From assembly GCA_051294905.1 (NCBI GenBank), contig CM119384.1:1178001-1242000 (forward strand): a stretch of DNA of 64,000 nt. The letters are read 5' to 3'. The stretch comes from Botryllus schlosseri. Lineage: Eukaryota. Under the pieces are notes generated by a model. That model saw only the letters and a program-made list of their open reading frames with translations, was not told where the DNA came from and ran no database searches. Shown here piece by piece: positions 1 through 11,421 of this stretch (position 1 is the stretch's first letter; each line of letters begins with the position of its first letter). The position numbers and the translations under genes are program-made.

Positions 1-963
1 ATTATACTATCTTCTTTTACTTTTCATACAGTGTGATATTGTGCATGCCTCCTGTTTACATGGCCTATAGGCCAAGGTGAGTGTCTGATTCCGAAGACTA
101 CTTCAAGTCTTTTCGACACATTCCTATATCTTTTCATTGTATCGCATTTTTGTGGTGTATTGAACTGATAAAAATTGCTAATGAACCGAACTGATCGATT
201 AAAATGCATGATGAATTTTCGCTGTCAGCATCTTCGATCCAACGTACCGTATTGATATTTCATTGATCTTAACCGTAGAACAGTATCTCGACGGCTATCC
301 GACATCCATCGTTCCATCCATTCTACTGAATAAATACTAGCCGGTACTCGAGATTACCAGACCACGATCAGACATAGGCCATCAGCCTCGCCTTCATACA
401 CATGTCAGCTCATTTTTATCGCTTGCCCTGTTTCCCGTTATCTTGCTTCACTTTTCATTCAGTGTGTATATGAATAAATATTCTTTACCGCCTAGGCCAG
501 GTGTGTGTCTGATTTCGAAGACTTCTCCAAGTCGTTTGCACACCTTCCCATCTCCTTATTGTGACCAAAATTTGCGGTTTCCTTGAAAGGATAAATAAAC
601 TCAACTATATACACAACCTTGATATAACTTTTTCTAATGAGGTCGTCAACGGCATGGTACTGAACCTGATCAATCGGTACTCAGTCTACAGACTTACAAT
701 GGGCGCAGGTAAAAATCCCACAATTTTATTCCATACACATAATGGCAGCAAAATAAACGGTACACTTGGCAAAGGGCGAGCTGCGAGCACGTATCCAACA
801 ATTGCAAAACAACATATTATTAAAAAATTGAACTGTACAAAATATTGAGAATTTCCGACCCCAAAATTCTTCTCATCCATCAGAAGTGGTAAAAGAAGAG
901 TTACTACTCAAGCAAAAGTAGAAGTATCGGCAATGCTGTAAGTTTCTCCTTATCAACAAGTCC

Positions 964-2517
964 TCAAATATCTTCTGGCATCTCGCTCATTAACGCATCT
1001 AATTCCGAATCAGTCATCTCGTTTTGAGTCGGCTGAACCGGCTTGGACCAATTCGGCACAAAGCTGCTCGCCGAGGCATCATTTTGATTCGCCAAACGAT
1101 TCGCAGGCTTCCTCTCTCCGTTACGAATAGCTTGACTCGCGTCAAAATACTCGTTGGGATGAATAACTTGAAACCCGGCATCCTCAACTCCGTGAGTTGC
1201 CTCGAAATATTTCGTGCAAGCTATCTGAAAATGCTGGCCTTTCATGAGAGTTACGATTTCGTCAATGGCCTCTTTTGAAATACGATAACTGTGCAGACGT
1301 TGTTTCAAAAGCTCTGGCGAGCTATGTTTAAATGGACACCCGTGGTGGTCTCCGGATCCTGGGGTATTTTTGGTGATGATGTTCACACAACTGTAGGGGC
1401 TGTAATTTGTGCGTTTGCCCTCTTTTCCATACATATGACGTATGTTATAAGCGTGCTCCTTGTTAAATTTCTCCTCTCCGATGCTCTTTGAGAATTCCTC
1501 TCTCCAATGCTTCATGGCTTCCTCAAAAGTAATCCCAATTCCTTTGAGAAATAACCCATACTGCAAGCGGCCCCAGTGTTTAAGATGGTGCGCGTCACGG
1601 AACACTTGATGGAGCTGCCTCATGCAAAGGGGGAAAGACGTTTTTGAAAATTCATCGAGATCTTTGATCGAGACTTTCCCTGCGTTCTTATTAGGGTCGT
1701 AAGCTTCCGAAAACGCATTCTTGTTGAATCCTTTTAGTATGGGGATGAGTCTATCATCTTCTTCCAACCCCGGTAGAGATCTGGCCGTGCAAGCGAGAGC
1801 TTTCGATAGAGATTCTCGGAAACACGTGCTGATAATCGATATCAAATCCGATTGAGGCACATAAGCGTATCCCTTGTGGATAAAAACACGACGCGTCGCG
1901 ACCAAGTTCAACACCTCCGTGAAAGGAACTTTAAAGAAGTTTGAGCTTTGCAGTTTAGCTCTTGATATGTCGTGCGTTACAAGAACCAGATGGTTTGAAA
2001 ATTTGTCTTTTTCTTCCTCTGAAATCGGAGTGTAGGTCAGATTATTCGCCTTTAAGAATTCCGAAATACTGTGGGACGGCTCGTTCGCGAATCTAAACTT
2101 GAACAAGTCCACTTCTTTTTCCAGAAACCACCGACGTAATTCTTCCGACCGGCAGTAAGCTAATCGCAAAATAAAATGAGATATGTGATCCTTGCGTCTC
2201 CATTCCAACTCTCTCTGTCCGATATCTTTCGACGAAGTCAGCACAAACCCAACATAGTTTTTCCTCAGAAATTCGGTCAATTTATCTTTGTACTCCTGAC
2301 TGTGTTTAACGTAAGTGACGTTCAGCGTGTCCAGATAATGCAAGACTTTGACGCGATCGAACGCGTACGATTCGAATTCTTGAAGAGTGACGTTACACAA
2401 CGGCGGTTTTTTGTACATCATTAAGCTGTGCGGGTAAAGTTCATCGGAAAATCCATCCATAAGTCGCAGTCTCTTGCGACGAGACGACAAAGGTTTCGGT
2501 GTACCTCCAAATTGCAT
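964..2517 (-). CDS. PRIM2: DNA primase large subunit (p58), single exon, 517 aa
   Basis: Uninterrupted ORF with LxxYxxPP N-terminus, RKDHISHFILRLAYC, LKHWGRLQYGLFLKGIG, the four Fe-S cysteine motifs (FPLCM, YSCVNI, HGCPF, IACTKYF) and HPNEYF. Confidence 0.97.
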   Translation of the reverse strand: MQFGGTPKPLSSRRKRLRLMDGFSDELYPHSLMMYKKPPLCNVTLQEFESYAFDRVKVLHYLDTLNVTYVKHSQEYKDKLTEFLRKNYVGFVLTSSKDIGQRELEWRRKDHISHFILRLAYCRSEELRRWFLEKEVDLFKFRFANEPSHSISEFLKANNLTYTPISEEEKDKFSNHLVLVTHDISRAKLQSSNFFKVPFTEVLNLVATRRVFIHKGYAYVPQSDLISIISTCFRESLSKALACTARSLPGLEEDDRLIPILKGFNKNAFSEAYDPNKNAGKVSIKDLDEFSKTSFPLCMRQLHQVFRDAHHLKHWGRLQYGLFLKGIGITFEEAMKHWREEFSKSIGEEKFNKEHAYNIRHMYGKEGKRTNYSPYSCVNIITKNTPGSGDHHGCPFKHSSPELLKQRLHSYRISKEAIDEIVTLMKGQHFQIACTKYFEATHGVEDAGFQVIHPNEYFDASQAIRNGERKPANRLANQNDASASSFVPNWSKPVQPTQNEMTDSELDALMSEMPEDI

Positions 2518-3109
2518 ATTTTCTTACAGTAGAGTTTCTAAAGCACAAAGAACAATAACCAGTAATGAAGAAACTGAACTGCGATTCAGGAGAAATATAT
2601 CATTCAAAATCATGTGAGACTCACAGCAACCGGATAAAGGTATTGTTTCGTATTCTAACACGGCAATATATATTCGGAATTATAAAAAAATTCTACTCAT
2701 ATTACACCATCGACAAAATATCGTACCATAATTTGAATCATCAGCATTCATTTTCAGACACTGTTATTTCAAAAATATATCGTCGCTGTGGAATCAATTA
2801 CACTCATTTTGAGAACATCAACTTTTGTAAATTTTTCTTTTTTTTTCGGCAATATCTTAACCAAGGTTTCCTTACAAACAACGTAACCAGATCAACAAAG
2901 ACATGGCCACGATATGGCCGAAAAAATGAGATAATTTTACAAAAACTGATTTTCTATCGATTTGAAAAATCGATCTCAAAATTTGGAATAAATGGACATA
3001 AGATACTTTGATTCCACCACGACGATATATTCAATATCATTACATAAAAGTTTTACGCATATTACACTATCGACAAAACAATCATATGCTAATTTGAAAC
3101 ATCACACAT

Positions 3110-5776
3110 TCACGACATCAAACAAAGAGCAAGAGCCTCCAAGCTTAGAGGCACGCTGCCTCTGCTGACAAGATTCAGCATGATAACCCCCAAGAATTCG
3201 CTGCATTCTTTGTAGTCAGACTCTAATTTTTTCAATCCAAATTCGGACAGGGCGTGGATGTTCTTCCATTTCGAATGAACCGAAATTGCGAGATCAAATA
3301 TTTTTAACAAAGTGCCTTGAATCAACTTGTCACTTCGATTCTCTTCTTTCAAAAGACACAAGGAAAGCATACGCTCCAGAAAATTGTTGTGAGCGGTTAT
3401 TATGTCGTCGATGTTACGCACCGATTTCAGATTTTCCATGAATTCCTTTTTCTGCGATTCGATGACACTTGTCATTACAAAATTATGCCATTGCGATATC
3501 AAACCGAGCAGGCTAGAACGCAACAGGGAAAGACGGTGACATAGTGACGGTCTCTGTGGGAATTTAGGATTAAAAATGGTATCAAATCGCAACTGATGTA
3601 AGCAGAAAAGGGCACGTTTTAATTTTAGGATATAACAAAACAATATATTATAATCGTTTTTTGACTTGTTGGTGATTACAATATTGAGAGGCCAATTCAC
3701 GTCGATTATCAAATCAACGACGTCGGTAACATGAATCGATCCAGATTTGACTGGTTTAGTTTTATTGACTGCCACGGCGACGAATGTTAAGTCAGAATCA
3801 GGTTCACGATAAGAAATGGCTTCCTGCAGTGAAGCACGTAGCGACATTAAATCCATCCAGTACACGTCGCTGGATATTTTTTCGAACAAGGAACTACAAA
3901 AACTGTGCATCACGTCGCCCCATTCCATCAAATGAAATTTATGAAAATACCGAAACAATGAAATCAGGTCAAGCTCGACCATGAAAACGTTCACCAGAAC
4001 TTCATTGACGCGAGTCAATTTGGTTTGCACGATCTGCGAAATAGCTTTTTGAGTGGATTTGACGAAAGGAGTGCTTCCGCAAAATTGGAATTCGCAAGCA
4101 TAATTGACGTGACGATTCTCGTGAAACAGTTTTTCAAAATTTATCCGGAGCATAATATCAGTTGAGGATTCGACTTCTGGTGTGGAAATTTCCTCACTTT
4201 CCGGTTTTAGATTACAATTCGTCAACTTTTGTACAAAATCATCATGAATACTGACACAGTTGTAATTTTTCATGGGTTTACCAAGTGATTTCAATAATTC
4301 AACCGATTTTCCACAGACAACGACATCGTTTAGTACAGGTTTCAACCACGGAAGATACATCACACATTGATCGTCCGGCAAATAAAATGCACTTGTCCAA
4401 AACAGTTCACTTTTAATGTCACTATTAGAGCGCGGCCGTTGCAAAACAAACTCTTTCAACTCGTCCATCAACATTCCTGATGACATCCACCGATCCAAGA
4501 TTTCAAAATATGGCCGCAACGTATCAATCCAAATCTTGATCAAAGCATTTCTGAAGTTGCCAACTTCCAAAGCGTCTTTACTCATTTCATCCAAAATGAC
4601 GCGGTAAAGCACACCCAACAAACGACACGACTTGTGACAATATGAATCGGTTTCAATATCAAGGTCAACGCTACTCGTAAAAATACAATTGAGAACCTCA
4701 AGTTCATAGAACTTCGGCGCGAGTTTTTGCAGGATATCAGTCAAAAGGTATGATTTTTCCTGTAAAACCACCAAAGATTCTAATTGCTTTATGAAATTTT
4801 TAAACCCTGTAAAGTAGGCCAGCAAGCTTTCTGCGAACGCTTGGTAAGTTCGACATTCGACTGGTTTTCTGTTGAACACAAACTCATCTAATCTTCGAAC
4901 AATATCAGCATAGTGTGCAGCTTTTGTTAAGAATGAACTCAGTGATTTAGGTGTAACGTGCGTGCATAATATGTCCTTACGGACAGTATGTTTGCCATCA
5001 TTGTATGGAAATATATACAAATCTCGAACGCCTGATAAAGCCCAGAGAACTTCACGAATAATGTTTACTTCGCACAAATTTGATTCGATTGGAATGCTCA
5101 ACATATCATTGTTGGAATGAAATGTGACTGAAGATACATCACTTGTTTCGTTCCAATATTCCAACACTAAACAGGATCCTAACTCGTTTGCGTCGTACCG
5201 ATCATCTTTCACTGAGAGATCACCTGGCTGAACTGCTTCAACACAGCCATCCTTTGATGGGACAATTTTCACGTCTTCATCCTCAGAATGGCATGGAGTG
5301 TCTGAAAAAGCCCACTGTGATGGATAAGGCATTTCTTCTCCCTCCAACAGATATGCTTTCCAATCAAATTTTTCTTCTTCTGGGCTTAGCTTTGGTGGTG
5401 GAGGAATGTATTTTCTGTTTATAGGATTTTCTGACAACTCCAGAGCTAGAAGTAATACATCATAATGAACATTGCTCCTTGCTAAGCTGTTCTGAGACAA
5501 GTCGCAGTTAAGAAATCGTTTCTTAAATTCGGCCAAAAATTTCGCGTTTTCAGGATTGTTGTGTATGATAAACTTCTCGCAAATCCCGACAATTCTGCGA
5601 TCTATTTTGTTGCTGTCCGAAGCCATAAATCTTGAATTGCTGAATTGAGAGAGAGCGTATTCCCTGCATGTTTCGTGATTCTCTGACGATTCTTCGAAAT
5701 CCGTCAACTTGCTGACAAGCCGCGAGGTGGCCCTCGTTATTTTTTTCCGAAACTTCGGATTAGATGAAGTGAGCAT
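3110..5776 (-). CDS. TUBGCP5: Gamma-tubulin complex component 5-like (GCP5), single exon, 888 aa
   Basis: 888-aa ORF with GCP N-terminal helices (LLLALELSENP), GRIP1 start (IIREVLWALSG), WIDTLRPYFEILDRWM, and GRIP2 motifs (HLMEWGDVMHSF, VNWPLNIVI, LKLKRALFCL, DDIITAHNNFL). The GCP5 subfamily call is from recall. Confidence 0.88.
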   Translation of the reverse strand: MLTSSNPKFRKKITRATSRLVSKLTDFEESSENHETCREYALSQFSNSRFMASDSNKIDRRIVGICEKFIIHNNPENAKFLAEFKKRFLNCDLSQNSLARSNVHYDVLLLALELSENPINRKYIPPPPKLSPEEEKFDWKAYLLEGEEMPYPSQWAFSDTPCHSEDEDVKIVPSKDGCVEAVQPGDLSVKDDRYDANELGSCLVLEYWNETSDVSSVTFHSNNDMLSIPIESNLCEVNIIREVLWALSGVRDLYIFPYNDGKHTVRKDILCTHVTPKSLSSFLTKAAHYADIVRRLDEFVFNRKPVECRTYQAFAESLLAYFTGFKNFIKQLESLVVLQEKSYLLTDILQKLAPKFYELEVLNCIFTSSVDLDIETDSYCHKSCRLLGVLYRVILDEMSKDALEVGNFRNALIKIWIDTLRPYFEILDRWMSSGMLMDELKEFVLQRPRSNSDIKSELFWTSAFYLPDDQCVMYLPWLKPVLNDVVVCGKSVELLKSLGKPMKNYNCVSIHDDFVQKLTNCNLKPESEEISTPEVESSTDIMLRINFEKLFHENRHVNYACEFQFCGSTPFVKSTQKAISQIVQTKLTRVNEVLVNVFMVELDLISLFRYFHKFHLMEWGDVMHSFCSSLFEKISSDVYWMDLMSLRASLQEAISYREPDSDLTFVAVAVNKTKPVKSGSIHVTDVVDLIIDVNWPLNIVITNKSKNDYNILFCYILKLKRALFCLHQLRFDTIFNPKFPQRPSLCHRLSLLRSSLLGLISQWHNFVMTSVIESQKKEFMENLKSVRNIDDIITAHNNFLERMLSLCLLKEENRSDKLIQGTLLKIFDLAISVHSKWKNIHALSEFGLKKLESDYKECSEFLGVIMLNLVSRGSVPLSLEALALCLMS

Positions 5777-6420
5777 AACTTGATTATATCAGTTTAAAAT
5801 AATTGTTATCTGAAATTATCGGATAGAAAATTGTTAGTAAAAGTAATCGAAGACAGCCTAACAGACTCTCTATAACGAAACATATCAAGATTGTAAACAA
5901 GTCACAAGTGAATCCTACATTTATAGTTTGACTCTAGTAATTTTCAATTCACCATGCCGAGACTAGTCCAATTCTTAATCGGGGAACAAAGGGTCGAGTC
6001 CGAGTCCATGTTATTCTGTTCACTGTTCATTATCGAGTTCAAGTCAGGCTCCACTTACTTTATCTTGAAACTCCTGGGTGATATTAAATGCCTCGCATTT
6101 GTAATATACTCACTTTTCTCATTTATAACATTCCTTATTCAAACAGATAAAACACAACTTCTGTGCTGATATACGAGACTTGAATCAAGTCATGTAGAAT
6201 GTCTCGAGTCATATGCCTTGGTCGCGTGACAAAACGAGTACGATTCTTCTTTAATAAAAAGGCTCAAGTCAAGCTACTCGAGTCATTGACTCTGGAACTA
6301 TACTCGAGTCATTACAACCCTGGAATATAAGTTGACGATGTTGTTAAAGGAATTGCTACAGGATTGGTGTGATTGCATGCAAAATAAGGTCAGTCACCGT
6401 AATGGGGTTACGCTCTTTAG

Positions 6421-6684
6421 CAGGGGCGGGCAACTTCTCCAGTCGGCGGGCCGAATTGCTGAATCGATACATTATTCGCCCATTTATCCACATATACAAG
6501 GAATAAATCTTATTAAATGAATATTTAATTTACCAAGATATCAATTCATCAGGGTTCAGTGGTGACGAGATAGCGTGGTTGTTCAACTATATGGCCTATT
6601 TTATCTCAATATTGAATTCATGCGGCCTGCGGCCTCCACGAAATTTGAAAGTGGCCCTGATACGTTTTGAGTTGGGGACCCCTG
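6421..6684. mobile_element. Old hAT-type MITE
   Basis: CAGGGGCGGGCAACT / AGTTGGGGACCCCTG; no intact TSD. Confidence 0.55.
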
Positions 6685-7167
6685 ACATAAGCGGTGTCTT
6701 ACAGAAGCCTATAGAAGTGGGCCGTGCTACAAGTCAACGGTTACGGAATCAAAAATAAGAAATATCGGCCTGGTGTAAAGGACCATTGTAGTCGACAAAC
6801 ACCATCATAATTACCACAAATGACATTAGGGTTGAGTAGGCCTAGACATCGTAAATGCCGATATTGCAAGAAGTCTTCTAGCTTCGACGAATTTATGCGT
6901 AAGCTCCACCCTCGCTGCACAAGTGCGCATACATGTGTATAATGACATACAGTCACTAAAGTTTGACGTATGTAAGCAAGTAGGCTAGTGGGGAATCTCG
7001 GAAGACTAGGGCCGCGGGCCACACTATCATGTAAGACGCAAAACTGTCCGTATGTTGCTCGCCCCGGCTCTTTAGGATAGGTGGTGAGGGTCTTTAGGGT
7101 TAGAGTATTTTGGGTAACGGTTATTGGTGGAGTCCAAGGGTTGAGGGTCACATGTTAGGGTAATTAG

Positions 7168-7698
7168 TAGGGCTGGGCACAATGATTCGAGTACTCGAAT
7201 CTGAATCGAGTATTAATTTTAATGATTCGACTCGAGTAGTAAAAGACGATTTTTTCGAGTACTAAAATTATACGCTCCTCACCACTGAAAGTTGATTTAT
7301 CAACGAGTAGTTTACCAACGATCAACGAGTTTATGCTAATTTCACTGTTGAAGCCTTGAAACCATGATTGGCCGTATCGTAGCATACGAAACATGAAGTA
7401 CAAAGCTACGAACGTTACTGGAAATAGCTCATTTCCGAAGTCATGATCATCCCACAATATTGTCACCAGTCACCAAGTGCAATGAAATCGGTATGGTCGA
7501 AAAAAATAACAAAGTATCCTTAATATGATGGATAACAGGCATTATATTATTTGTGGTCGCTTAAAAGGTACATATTTGAACTTTGACAAATGATATTTTG
7601 CTATGACATCATATTGAGTGATACTCGATTACTCGACTCGAAGCATTTTACGTGATTCAGAATCGAATCACTCAGGCACTCGATTTTGCCTAGCTCTA
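7168..7698. mobile_element. hAT-type MITE, family A (TACTCGA-rich)
   Basis: TIR TAGGGCTGGGCA / TGCCTAGCTCTA; 8-bp TSD GTAATTAG on both sides. Confidence 0.88.
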
Positions 7699-9499
7699 GT
7701 AATTAGGGAGGGGTGAGGGTCGTTAAGGTTGCATGGGTCTTAGGGGCATCAGGGCTGGGGGTTAGACAGTACTGCCACTGTCCGTTTTTCGTACGCCATG
7801 TCATTATTCAATTGAATAGTATATTTATATTGAAATGAACCCAGATATTTTCGGATGACACTCGTCAGGGGTAATCGTCAGCAACTAGTCAAGAATTGGA
7901 AGGAACATTGTATATCAACAATCGTATCACAAAATATGACGTCACCAGCATGAAATCTCGAATGAGAGAGCGTTCAATGTACTATTTTTAGGTGGTACAC
8001 GAACTCCTTTTGTTGACAGAGTTTTGGTTGGTGTATTTTGATAGAAGTCGACTCCAAGGCACACAAATTGAAGTGTGAACGGCCCCTCCCAACGACGCAA
8101 AATCTGTCGTCTCGATAATTAGTCACACCAATCGGGTTATCCAGCAGATGTTTACAAATGGCAGAATTAATGGCCTTTGATCGGTCAGCATCAAGCTTAA
8201 GCGGATGTCATTACTGTACACAACCGTAACACGTACAGAGACATCTGCATGACATGCATGTAAGTTGGTGTCTGGATTTAAATGTCGACACGGAAAAATA
8301 CCGTAATTAAAGTTGAATTTTGGAATTATGATAGGAAAAAACCATAAAAAAAACTCACGAACCTATGTGAATAAACTTATCTTAAAACATAAATTGCCAC
8401 AAGGACACAACAACAGAAGTCGACCTCTATACCCAGGTTGGAATCCCGGTACGCTTAGCGCAATATCTTTGGTGTGCCAAGGCGGTTCTTGGCGTCACAC
8501 CTGTGTGCAGTCAGTAGAATCTTTGGTGTGCCCGAGACACCGATTCCATATTGGCTCTATACCGTATGCATGCACCGTTGTATGTTACCAGTATCTCTAC
8601 CTGCTTGCCAATTGTACACGTCCATCCGCCTAAGCTCCACTCAGCTCGTGTATATGCAATCAATCAATTTCACGGTTGAGGCAAAACACTGGACAATACA
8701 TGAACATGAATTTGAGCTTACACAAGAGACAGGCACATTATCCTACAATTGTGCAAACACACTTAGTCACACCAGGTTGTGGAGAACGGCCGGCGTCGGA
8801 TCAAATGAAGATATGGTAATTTCGTTCTTTAATATTATTATTATCAAGAATAATATATGTCGCATCAAAGCTATCAACAATAACAACACGACCATAGCGT
8901 TATGGCTGCTTTGCTAATGGTATAATGTTCCGCTAATTGCTCAACATAGACCGACGATATCATTGAGTAGACGAATAAGCTCATTTTCAATGTCTGACAC
9001 ATAATAAGTCGCTATCCATTACACACAATGTCGATGAAATTATACCGTAGATCATGAAAGACTACCGACAAGCGTTCTGTACTGAACTGAAACGAATCAG
9101 TTTCCATTAGTTTCGCGCGCTGTCAATCACAACCGTCAACTCCAGTGAGCTTTGGGAGCAGAGCGAGCCATATTATACGTCAATCAATCAATCAGGTTTA
9201 TTAATATTTTCATCGTTTCAGAACATCACAAGACTGCAATACAATGAAAAGATAGGAAGGTGTCGAAACAACTTGGACACCCACCTGAGCCTAGGCGAAG
9301 TAAAGAAGAGGCAACGGGTACTTGTGTAATGTGTAGCCAGGGATATATAGAACTTCTATATATCCCTGTGTGTAGCTCAAAATATGTTATTTCTCGTTTT
9401 TTTGTATGCAAATGATATTATTATAAAACTTAGCTTGGATACTTCATTTTAGAAATGATAGGTGATATCTATTCTATGTATAAGAATACTCGTACATAC

Positions 9500-10126
9500 C
9501 AGAGATGAGCGGATTTGAAATTTCTATGTCCTAATCCAATCCAAATCCGAACCTTCAAATCCAACTCCTAATCCTAATCCATGACTTTTTCATATTCAAG
9601 TCCATGTCCAATCCTAATCCGATTCCAACTGGGAATTCAGAAAAAATACTAATTTATGCAATGGAGGGATTCGAAAATTTTCGTTCACAACCAACGATTC
9701 ACTTTATTCAAGATAACTTAGTACGTTTCTTGTCGCTTTCTTTTTCTATACTGTATTCTTTACTTTCATTCAGTGTGCATGCCTCCTTTTTTACTACGCC
9801 TAGGCCAAGGTGGGTGTCCGATTCCATTGACAAATCCAAGTCGCTTCGACATCTTCCTGTCTATTCATTGTATCGCATTTTTTGTGGTGTATTGAACTGA
9901 TAAAATTGCTAATAAACCAATGATGATGATGATGATTAATAACTGATCTGAATAAAGTTTGTCGCCATTCGCCACACGTTATTTCAATCTCCCAGAAAAT
10001 AGGTAAATCCAATCCAAATCCTAATCCGTTCTGAAAAAAATGTCTAATCCAAATCCAATCCAAATCCGACAAAATTTCACAAATCCTGTTTTTTCAAAAC
10101 CTAATCCTAATCCATGCTCATCTCTG
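9500..10126. mobile_element. hAT-type MITE with (GGATTW)n subterminal repeats, carrying a retroelement 3'-end insertion
   Basis: TIR CAGAGATGAGC; TSD GTACATAC. It is the reverse-complement homologue of 33224-33650 plus an insert of about 210 bp at 9725-9937. Confidence 0.88.
9725..9937 (+). repeat. Retroelement (LINE/SINE) 3' end with AATAAA and an (ATG)n tail
   Basis: Absent from the sister MITE at 33224. Homologues lie at about 1-190 (+), 450-560 (+), 9178-9320 (-) and 57225-57370 (-). Confidence 0.6.
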
Positions 10127-10705
10127 GTACATACCTTCTGCCCGGATGACAGCATTCAGCATTCAGCTTTCGGCTTGCCAGTATAACCGCTAGGCTAGCC
10201 GGTGCAGGGCAAGATGATGTAGCGTAGTTGGCGTAGATGGAAATAGATTGACAAATATTGCAATATGTATATGTATATAACAATATTTATGTGAATGTAA
10301 TGGATTTGGCATGCGTAGGCCTTGGCTGCCTATTAGGCCTTATTTGTTGAAGTTGTTGTGGTGGCGGTCGGTCAAACAATATGAAACAGGCGTATATAAA
10401 AATGAATGTATATATATACGAAGAAAAAAATAAAATGAACTTAATTAATTAGACCATACCGGAGCTTAATTTTCATGGACATCATTGGTAATAAAATTGA
10501 CTCTCCATTCCAACAGTTATTCTTGTATATTGCTCTATATAACATTGACGCAGAGTTTAGGGCCCCGTGGATACACTCAGCTATCGCAGCTATCGCAGCT
10601 CCCGCAGCTATCGCAGCTATCACTTGTGGATACACTCAGCTATCACAGCTATCGCAGCTATCACCAAAAATCGCAGACATACAGGTCAAATAAAGGTCAC
10701 GTATC

Positions 10706-11400
10706 GTTTAGGGCGCAGCTATCAGCTCCGGACCACGTCTGGGTTCAAATAGTGCGCAGCTATCAGCTTCGGAGCACGTCCGGGAGTAAATAGTGCGCAG
10801 CTATCAGCTCTGGAGCACGTCTGGGTTCAAATATTGCGCAGCTATCAGCTCCGGAGCACGCCCGGATGCAAATAGTGCGCTGCTATCAGCTCAAAAGCAC
10901 GTCTGGGTTCAAATAGTGCGCAGCTATCAGCTCCGGAGCACATCCGGGTTGAAAAAGTGCGCAGCTATCAGCTCCGGAGCACGCCCGGATGCAAATAGAG
11001 CGCTGCTATCAGCTCGAAAGCACGTCTGGGTTCAAATAGTGCGCAGCTATCAGTTCCGGAGCAAGTCTGAGTTGAAATAGTGCGCAGCTATCAGATCCGG
11101 AGCATGGCCGGGTTGAAATAGTGCGCAGCTATCAGCGCTGGAGCAAGTCCGGGTTGAAATAGTGCGCAGCTATCAGCTCAGAATCACGTCTCGGTTCAAA
11201 TAGTGAGCAGCTATCAGCGCTGGAGCTTGTCTGGGTTGAAATAGTGCGCAGCTATCAAATCCGGGGCACGTCTCAGTTGAAATAGTGCGCAGCTATCAGC
11301 CCCGGAGCACGTCCAGGTTGAAATAGTGCGCAGCTATCAGCTCTGGAGCAAGTCCGGATGCAAATAGTGCGCAGATATCAGCTCCAGAGCACGTCTGGGC
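10706..11400 (+). repeat. 41-bp tandem array, 17 units (left arm of the fold-back element)
   Basis: Consensus AAATAGTGCGCAGCTATCAGCTCCGGAGCACGTCYGGGTTS. Unit starts are exactly 41 nt apart from 10747 to 11362. Confidence 0.95.
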
Positions 11401-11421
11401 CAGTGTTGGGATGACTCGAGT

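Noticed and set aside
215-450. Possible decayed LINE ORF2 C-terminus between two retroelement 3' ends
   Set aside because: No recognisable RT or zinc-knuckle motif by eye.
2565-3011. 148-aa plus-strand ORF between PRIM2 and GCP5
   Set aside because: TTA/ATT-rich low-complexity composition, no motif, spans a duplicated UTR segment.
1024-5424. Plus-strand ORFs of 63-93 aa over PRIM2 and GCP5
   Set aside because: Antisense shadows of long coding sequences.
8313-8917. ORFs of 106 and 147 aa and a 14-bp direct repeat ATCTTTGGTGTGCC
   Set aside because: Alternative start codons, no homology recognised and no supporting splice structure.
10441-11080. Overlapping ORFs of 61-102 aa with QIVRSYQL and SYRSY repeats
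   Set aside because: Translations of the tandem-repeat TIR, mirrored at 13553-13957; not genes.
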